A stretch of DNA of 64,000 nucleotides from Phoronis australis (Eukaryota; Animalia; Phoronida). Below the pieces are notes generated by a model. The model did not search any database. It was not told the origin of the DNA and was given only the letters and a program-made list of their open reading frames with translations. Positions 52,101 to 61,100 of this stretch are shown piece after piece (the stretch's first letter is position 1; each line of letters opens with the position of its first letter). The stretch lies in the NCBI GenBank assembly GCA_002633005.1, contig NMRA01000211.1, positions 288,262 to 352,261 on the forward strand, given 5' to 3'. The position numbers were made by a program, and so were the translations under genes.

Positions 52101-55100
52101 TCTTTGACCATTGTGTTTGAGCCACAGCTAACCCATTTTAGGTCCAGTAAAACTGTTTTTTTGGGTGCGCCCATCTGGTTTTGAGGTATCGGTCATCTGG
52201 TTTTGAGGTACTGGCTAACCTGTTCTGAGGTCCAACCACGAAGTTAGAACACTGGCCATTAGGTTTTGCAGTCCTGAGCCAGCTGGTTTTGAAGTCTGGG
52301 TTAAAGTGGTTTTGAAGTCCAACCAATTGTTGATTCCCTGTTGAAATTGGTAGGCATCTTGATCGTTGGGAACAGTTATGAGAATAAAAATGTGAGAGTA
52401 ATGGCTTACTAAGACCTGTTAACGTATTCAGAACTTGCTCCACAACTTGCTCGCTATGTCACAATTCGGATGCGTTATTTACATCATTGTCACTTTCAAA
52501 GAAATCGACTAAAAAGATGACAGTGTTCTAATCTTTCATTCTCACTCACAAAAATCCTTCAATAATATGAGCATTACATGTCTTATGTTTGTAGTAATTT
52601 TATTTGAAATTATTTTGCTGAAAACATGAGACAATTTGCAACAAAAATCTGCTCATAGTTCAAACACGTTCAGTATTTGGATGTATTTTTAAAATGATCA
52701 TCGAGCTGTATATCTATCACCTAAAACTAAATTAAAATATAAATGTAAAGTACTGAATCTTTTACATATGGTATACCAGATTTGTTCAAGTTTATGACTC
52801 TCTGCCAAATTTTCAAACAGCTTAAGGCTCATGTTCGGGTATGTGCCCATCTGTCATTTTTACATCAGGGACTTTTTTGAAACTTCTTTTAAGTGCTCAT
52901 TGTTTTTCAGTGTCCATTCACCATGAACTCAGTCCCCAAAAGCTTATAATTTAACTAGTCTGTATCTATCTTATTCCGCAGATGTTTTCGAGTTCAACTT
53001 GTAAATGGATTGAAAATTTTATTGTCATGGTAATTATTATGCAGATGTGACGTGTTGTGGTTTATTTTGTCATTGAAGGATGTTGAGAAAATGAGGTGAA
53101 AAACTGTGTATCAGATGTTGTTTACTCCGTGTCTGACCTGATGACAAATGAAAATAAGGACTCCATATTGCTCTACTTGTTGGGGCTGTTTATGCTCAGG
53201 GCACTGAATTGGGAAATCCGATGATCTGTGTTGGCATTTAGCTGAGCAGGGACTTTTAAAACAAACTTTTTGAAAGTCTTGGATGTGTATTTACCTGAAC
53301 ACAAATGCCTTGGTCATTCACTTTCAGTGCGACATAAGTATACTTGTAAAAAGCACATGATTCGAAAAGAACGCTTACATGAGATGCTGCCCCATTCAAA
53401 TTTCAGTTCATTTTTGGAGGTATTAAAAGTGCTTAAAACTACCATTTATGTTGTTTTGACAAGTGACTACATTATCAGCATCATTAAACCTTCCTTAATA
53501 GCATTGCATATCACAATCGTGAATTCAAAAGTTGGGAAATATGAATTAGTGCTGCCCTTTTGTTGAATATATAGCCAACGACTAAAAAGTCATTTATCAA
53601 CCTGAACATACCGTAATCGGGATGGCCAAAATTCCTGATGACATCAAAATTCCAAAACTCTGATCAGCACATCTCACTTATTCACTAGATGTAGTTCCAC
53701 TAAAAGCCTAGAAGTGACTATCAATTGTTTACTAATTGACCACTGAGCATGAGTGGATAATGGCATGTTTAAATCAGTGACAACAGTGTGTTTGTTGTAC
53801 TTCCTGAAGTGCCTAAGATTACACCAGCGACATTTTATGTAATGCTAAAATTGACAGATTAAAGGGTCATGAATTGAGTCTATCCCCATTTTCTTTCTTT
53901 ATTTCCAATGACTATCCAGAATACGATCACACTTAGAGGAAGAGTGTTTGCTGCAAGGTCAATCTCCCCTGGCACCATTCAAGCCTTACGCCTTGCATAT
54001 GACTCCTAAAAAGGTTTATTCAAACCAGTGGGTTGCTTGTGAGGATTCCTTTGATGTTTCGAAGACATACCTTTCGTTTGCGTACTGGACCAATGAGATT
54101 AGACGATTTTATAATAAAAACACTATCCAACTGTGAGGGTCCTTAAACAATGCCGCAAACAGCTCAGTGGAAATCCACCAATCAGAGTTGACGGCATACA
54201 AATCACCAGATGTTGATTATAATCTGCTGCGGATATCAGAGTATGCAGGTTTAAGGAATCTTGAGCATATTAAATTGGGAGAGTGTGTTAAGTTGAGCTG
54301 GGTCGTTTAAAAGCAAAAATTTCGAAATTGCGTAGGCGGGCACTTAAGCACAACATGGGATGAGTAGCATAGTTTGTATTTTTATGGTCATGTTGAATGA
54401 TGAGAAACCAAACAAATACTAAACACTGGCACCTCATGTTGCCTGGGCTAAATTACCTGAACAAGAAATAGCTACTGCATGTTATAAATCAATAAATTCA
54501 TATTAAAGCTATGATGAAAATTTTTTAAAGTGTCATCATCCTTGTTGACAGAGTGAATTTGAAACACGTGTTTTTGAGTGGCCTGATATTGACAAATCAC
54601 AAAAATGATTTATTAAAGATTAATATTGGCTATACTCCTATATAACACACCTTGCTGTCAAATGTTATGAAAAATGGTGTGTTCTGTATTCAGGAGGAAA
54701 GTCCAGACATAGTGACACCTGGTGTGAGTTGCAGGTCATCTGAAAGAACATGGTGTCTGCCGACTCTGAACTTAAAAATACTGCTCAATGAATTCCCACT
54801 AGGCAATGCTTAGCAACTCTGAATGCCTCCTTTCAGTTAGGAATAACACAATAGGCACTTGCCACATCACCTGGACATTGAGGATGGGCTTCTTTTGTTT
54901 ATGAATTAGGGAAGAGGTGGGTGTCAGTAATAACGACTGCCTGCTGGTGGCAACATTATTTCCTGCCCATTTTACACATTGCAGAGTATAAAAACAATAT
55001 ACCAAGCCTTTGCTGCTCAGTAGCAGCATCTGGTGGCCGTGCATTTGGTACTATGGTCTCTAAATTCAAGCCCATGTGTGACGTTGGGTTCAAGACATAT

Positions 55101-58100
55101 ACACCACATTACATGATAAGTGTGTTACCCCGATACTTGATTATGCACTGATGTTTGGGGGGACAGGCCTTTTTCCTCAGTGTGATTCAATCCAAAATCG
55201 GGCTATTCAATATTTTATTAGGGTTCACAAATTTACTCCAGTCGCTGTGGACTGGAGATATGGGGTGGATACCCAGTATAGTTTGTTAGAAATTGTGTAC
55301 GGTATATTACAGCTCTGGAATAGTCTTATTTGCATGTCTGATAATTGTCTCACAAAGCAAATATTTTACTGGGACCTCACGTGCAGAAAGAACAATTGGT
55401 CAAAAACAGAAGTTTATTTAAAAATTAGCATTTCTAGAGAAAAGGAATTCCTCATTTCTCAATTTAGATGTGGAGTCTTGCTGCTGAAAGTGGAAATTGG
55501 CCCTTACGGTATTTTTACTTTTGTTGTGCAGCGTTTGTGTGATTTTTGTACAGTCACTAAAGTGAATGATTGTTGATTGATTGATTGATTGATATACTCC
55601 ATTCCAAATTGAACTTTTGCATTGTTTGAACAGCAAAGATCGGTCAACTGCAGACAGAAGACAGAGACATGATTCGCATTGCATCTGATCCTCCTTCTGA
55701 AACCAGTCTGAGTAACACAGTGGGTGGGGGGGGGGGTTTGACTTGACCACTTACTAGAGTGATTTTAATTAAAGANAGCATATAGAGAAATGTTAATGGG
55801 GAACCTGTGGTGCATTAAAAAGTAGGACTGTCACTTGAAAACAATAAACCCATTTTCCATGAGTACCTTGCTGATCACCCGTTGGTTTTGGCTCATTGGT
55901 AAAGAACTCAAATTTGTTTAAAGGAACAGCTAAACAGGGCACAATACTGCTTTCAATAAATTTAAATCCAAAAGTGACTACAAGTCTTCTTTAACACGCT
56001 GCAGGGAGATGACAGACTTATATTGAGGGATTACAATCCTACATTGCATTTCATTTCCTTTAAATGCACTTTCCTTGCATGCATTTATGCTAGCTTTCAA
56101 GCTTGTCAAGAAGTATTGAATTTGCTCATTGGTAAAGAACTCAAATTTGTTTAAAGGAACAGCTAAACAGGGCACAATACTGCTTTCAATAAATTTAAAT
56201 CCAAAAGTGGCTACAAGTCTTCTTTAACAGGCTGCAGGGAGATGGCAGACTTATATTGAGGGATTACAATCCTACATTGCATTTCATTTCCTTTAAATGC
56301 ACTTTCCTTGCATGCATTTATGCTAGCTTTCAAGCTTGTCAAGAAGTATTGAATTTGCAATTTTACCAGCTTAACATTCCAACAGTGTCCTTTTTTGCTC
56401 AAATTCCTGTTTTCCAATTTTTTAAAGGCTCAATACTGCACCATTGTGAATTAGTAGGACCAAATGTTGCTTGATGATAGGTGTGCAAACAAACCATGCT
56501 TTCAGTAACTAAAGCAAAATTTTCGTAATTGTACAGGTATGTTTGCTCAGAAATATTCAAAACAACCCCGTTTTCCACCATGCCTTGTTCTCAGAATTCG
56601 ATAACTTTTAACATTTGTACTTCACACAGCTACTTCATATTGAAAAGCAGCAACTGTTAGAAAATTTGACTACATTATTATGAAAGTTTCATAATTTTGG
56701 AGATCGATACACAATTTGTTTTAGGTGGGTCGGTTAATTACATTGATGATCTTGCAGAACTTCTCTTTCAACTACCAGCTGAGAATGAGACATGTCTAAG
56801 TTATGCTGTTTTAGTGATTAATCCAAAGATGTGAAATTGAAATTTAAAATACTGGTTTATCTCTAACAAGGCTGTTCTAGGTTAACTCACAACTAAAAAG
56901 CTAAGCCATGTATAAACTTTGGCTCCATCAAAGAAACTTACTTTTGATTTAAACAACTTTAACTGCTGTAAAACTTGACTCGACTTTTTCCTTAAATCAG
57001 ATTACTCAGTGTTTTTGGTTAAGAAATGAATGACTGTTTGATATTTCCAATTTGTCAAACAATAACAAACTACGTATTCTTTTCAAACCCAGGGATCTCT
57101 TGTAATTTGTCTTTAATGATCCATATTAGACCAATTTCATAAGTGATGATGGTCTACATCAATTGCCAGTTTTGGGACCAAAGGTGGAGTCCACCACTTA
57201 GTCTAAAACCAAAAATGGTATACAATACAAAGATCAAAATTTTGGCAGACACCAAACACGAATTATTTTCCAAATATTTTGGGAAACGCCAAATTAATAC
57301 AAATGGTTGATTCCAAAAATGCTTTCATAGAGAGAAATTCCATTCTCGCAGAAAATCTGTAGATTCACCTTTTTATGACAAGCCTCGACATCACTTTTCC
57401 TAATTGAAGAGTCCATTCCGGCTCTTTGCATGTCAGAATGGACAAAATAGCTCGGGATTTCCCCGAAATCTATTCATCGTGACCCAGACGAGGAAGTCTC
57501 GGTTCAGAATAGAAATGTTAACAGGGAAACAATTTCAGTCAGAATATAACGATTCACGACTAGTTATTTTTGCTGTGGGAAGGATTTTAATTTGGTCATG
57601 ATGGGGGAATTACATTTTGCTCGATTACTTTTGGTGTGTACTGTATGTTCAGGGTTTCCTGTTGAGAATCATCTAATTTAATAGTCATTTCTGATTTCCA
57701 TAGCAATTTTGTCCTAAATATAGATTTAAATCAGCTTGTGTTGGTCTGAGGACATGTTCGTCAAGCCCAATATTCTCCCTGGCATTAAGAAAATCTTATT
57801 CTAAGAGGATTTGCACGCAAATGGACGAGAAAGTGTGCTCTTTCTACCCTCAATAGCAAATTCCTCGGCACATCAAAGGCTTGATAGCGCTGTCACAGAT
57901 TGAAGTGAGTTAGTCGTTATTCTTGGGCTTGGCTGAACGTGTTGGATGAGATAATTGCGGTCGTAAGCCAACACACCTGCTTAGTGGCGTACAAGTTTCA
58001 AAGTCAAAAACGAACAATAAGTAAGGCAAATGACCTGAACATGACTGTTTGTAAAATTGTAAATAGTATCCATTTTTGAATTTTTAAAATCGATGCATTA

Positions 58101-61100
58101 TTAAAGAAATTAGCAAATAGGTTTTCTTCAGCATTAATTTGTGAATCGATTATGACGGGCTATAGTCACAGTCTGGCTCAGGCTCGCTTAGGTGTTGGGG
58201 TTGCTAAACCCCAAATGTTAGCGTAGGAGTTGTCTCATGAGTACTCATTCTCTTGAAAAGTCACTTGATCTACATCTTGTTTTAATGGTTACTCAAATTT
58301 TCTGGCTATTTTTCAACTGCTCTCAGCAGCTATACAGTAAAATCCCACAAATTTCGAACAAAAATGATTGCCAAAATTGACATTTTTTATTTTTCAAGGA
58401 CTTCTAAGATTGTTGTAAATCCCCAAAATTTTTAAACACTGCCATAACTATGACATAGAACTTTAACATGGGAAAGTGATAATTTGGTGCTAAATATCTT
58501 TTATGGGAAAAAAAAAGTAAAATGTCACGTGTCCCCCATATTGTGTACTAAATTGATGAGATTTTGTCATGCTGCTCTTCTATGGAATTATGAAGCCATC
58601 ATAGTGGCATTAAAATGTGGTTGTTCACAAATTGATAAAATTTTGTCTAAACATTTTCAGGATGAAATTCGTGAGGCACGGCGAATGAAGGAACTGGAGT
58701 TGCAGTCAAGAAGTGACCCAGATGTTATGTGGGCACTGAGGATGAAGTTTCTTGATCAAGTCAAAAAATACTTTGGTGTTCCGTATGCCAAAAAGTACTG
58801 GTGCCCAGAAGGTAACTTGTCTCACTCAATGCTCATTATTGTATCCTTTGTTTTACACCACTTGTGTTTTTGTTTCAGTAGGCATTTTTGGTAACAACGT
58901 ACCATTTCTCCCACATGTGTTTTCAATGTGTTAAATTTCTAATTAAAATTAATTGTTTGAAATTCACGCTCATCTATATTGCCGAAGGACAAAAGCGCAC
59001 TCTTCAAGACGTCTTCCAATTTTGTTTTCAAGAAAGAGCGTGCTTTGCGTTTGTATTTGCAAAAAAATAAAGCAACTCCGGTAAATGTAAATGATGATAG
59101 TTTGAAACTTTCTTGCATGTTGAAATGAGGATTCGACGTCTGACTCACTGGCCATAACAGACGTGCCGTTTAAGAGGAACATTTTTTTAAAATCTTTCTG
59201 TCTGGGTCTGTTTTTGACCAAATTATCTTAAGAAAGGGTTGGATTTTGTTGTTGAGGACCAGGATCTTGGGTGAATTTTGACTTTGTAGACACTAATGAT
59301 AGGGTAGATATTTTCATTCTTCACTTGCACTTACCAGTCCAAAATCGACTCAAATACCTCCAGGATGTTGATCTATTTTTTCTTTATTTTTATGTGATTA
59401 TGTCAAAGCAAACAGATGTTTTATGGAATGGCCATGTTTAACATCTATGACTAAACTTACTTAAGGCTCTACCTGACGTTTCCTTTTTTAGATCCAGAAT
59501 ACAACTCTCCACTGTTCTTGGACTGCTGTGGGCTTGTCAGGCGGGCAATGCGAGACTTGGAGGATGATTTTGGCTTCAAAATTGGCCAATGGAATCAGGC
59601 GTATCAGTACGATACTTTACCCAACACCATCAAAGAAGAACAGATGTTGCCAGGAGATCTTGTTTTCATCGCTGCAACGTACTTCAACCCTAAAAGTATG
59701 AGGTTTTTCCGATGTGTTCACTGTATTTTGAAAATTTGACAAATGAATGAGTCTGTCTTGGTGAAGAATTTGATCAAATATCAACCTTCTCTCAGCCATA
59801 GACCTTTAAATAAAGTTTGCAAGGTTCTGTGCAAATCTACTCATTGGCTGCAGAAAAATTGAAGCTTGAAGCTGACAATTTGTCATAGGATGCTGTGATT
59901 CAGCTGAAGTTGTCTCAAACAACTTACATTTCTTCAGTTGGCACATAGATTATGCAATGATAATCTTGAAAAAATCATGAAATTTTTGCAGTTTCATTAA
60001 TTATGAAATCTTTCACTTTTTAGGCAAAAAGCAGCGTCATGACATGGTTCATGTTGAAGTATGGTTAGGCGATGGCCCTAAAACAATTGGTGCTCGGTGG
60101 CAGAAGGGTAAAGTCCAAGTGTTTGACAGCTACGACTTTGTTGCTAGAAGTTATCATAGCCAAAAATACATCTTTAAGTCCATTGACACTTGGCTCAAAG
60201 GGATTTGCAAAAGGTTTGTGTTACAGTGACAAAATACTGTCTTAACTTTGCTTAATCTAGTTGGTTTGCTCTGTACAGTTAGCCTAGCCATAACATAACC
60301 ATTGCCAATGAACCCCCATGAGAGGCCTACCTGACACAATCAGTGACGATATTGAGGTGGTTAGGATCTATGCAGGAATGTTAGTATGTGACTTTCGTGA
60401 GTGAACCGAATCCTGCCAAATGCAGCATAGCTTGAAAAGTGCAATATTGATAAGATCTAGCCTGTCTGCAAGTGTTACTGACAAACAACACAACAACCAG
60501 TTAGTATTGGAAAATATTGCCACATTCATTAATAGAATAAAAAAAGTTTGGAATTAGGGTCTTCAAACAAAAAATCTGATGAACTGAAACACTTGCATTA
60601 TGATCAAAAATGTAACTTTTTCATTACGGTAAAAATTCTCCAGTTAGGGTGCAATATGGCAGAATAAGGAATTTGGTTTTATCATTTTTTCCCTATAATT
60701 TTGCTTTATATAAAAAATTAACTTTCCATACAGACCAATCGTAGTGTTATAAAACTGCTTGGTATCAACTTGGTCTCAAGTCGCGTTACAGCAGGAGGCC
60801 AAACTCAAGAAGTTGGCTTGTCTTGGTCATGGACCATTTTATTCGCCAAGCATGCTGGAAAGTAACTTGACAAACTGTCAGTTCTTTCCAAGATCTAGAA
60901 TCACTTCTCACAAATTGAGATCAATATCACTGCGCTGAGTGTTTGAAGTCATAGATTATTTTCTGAGACCTGTTTATAACAAAGAAATATTAAACATGGT
61001 TCAAACTTTACAGTAATTTTGTTGTTTGTTACTATTTTGAGTGTTTTTAGCCATATGGTTGACTAATATCCGTTTGAAACTATAGTAATTTTCACCTATT

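Noticed and set aside
54328-54348. TTGCGTAGGCG resembling the 5' end of miR-242
   Set aside because: The match stops after 11 nt, there is no hairpin partner, and it sits at a probable MITE end (..CACTTAAG).
16680-56357. CRISPR-like arrays among the repeats
   Set aside because: The repeats are two-copy tandem duplications or transposon subrepeats with no unique spacers, and the context is eukaryotic.
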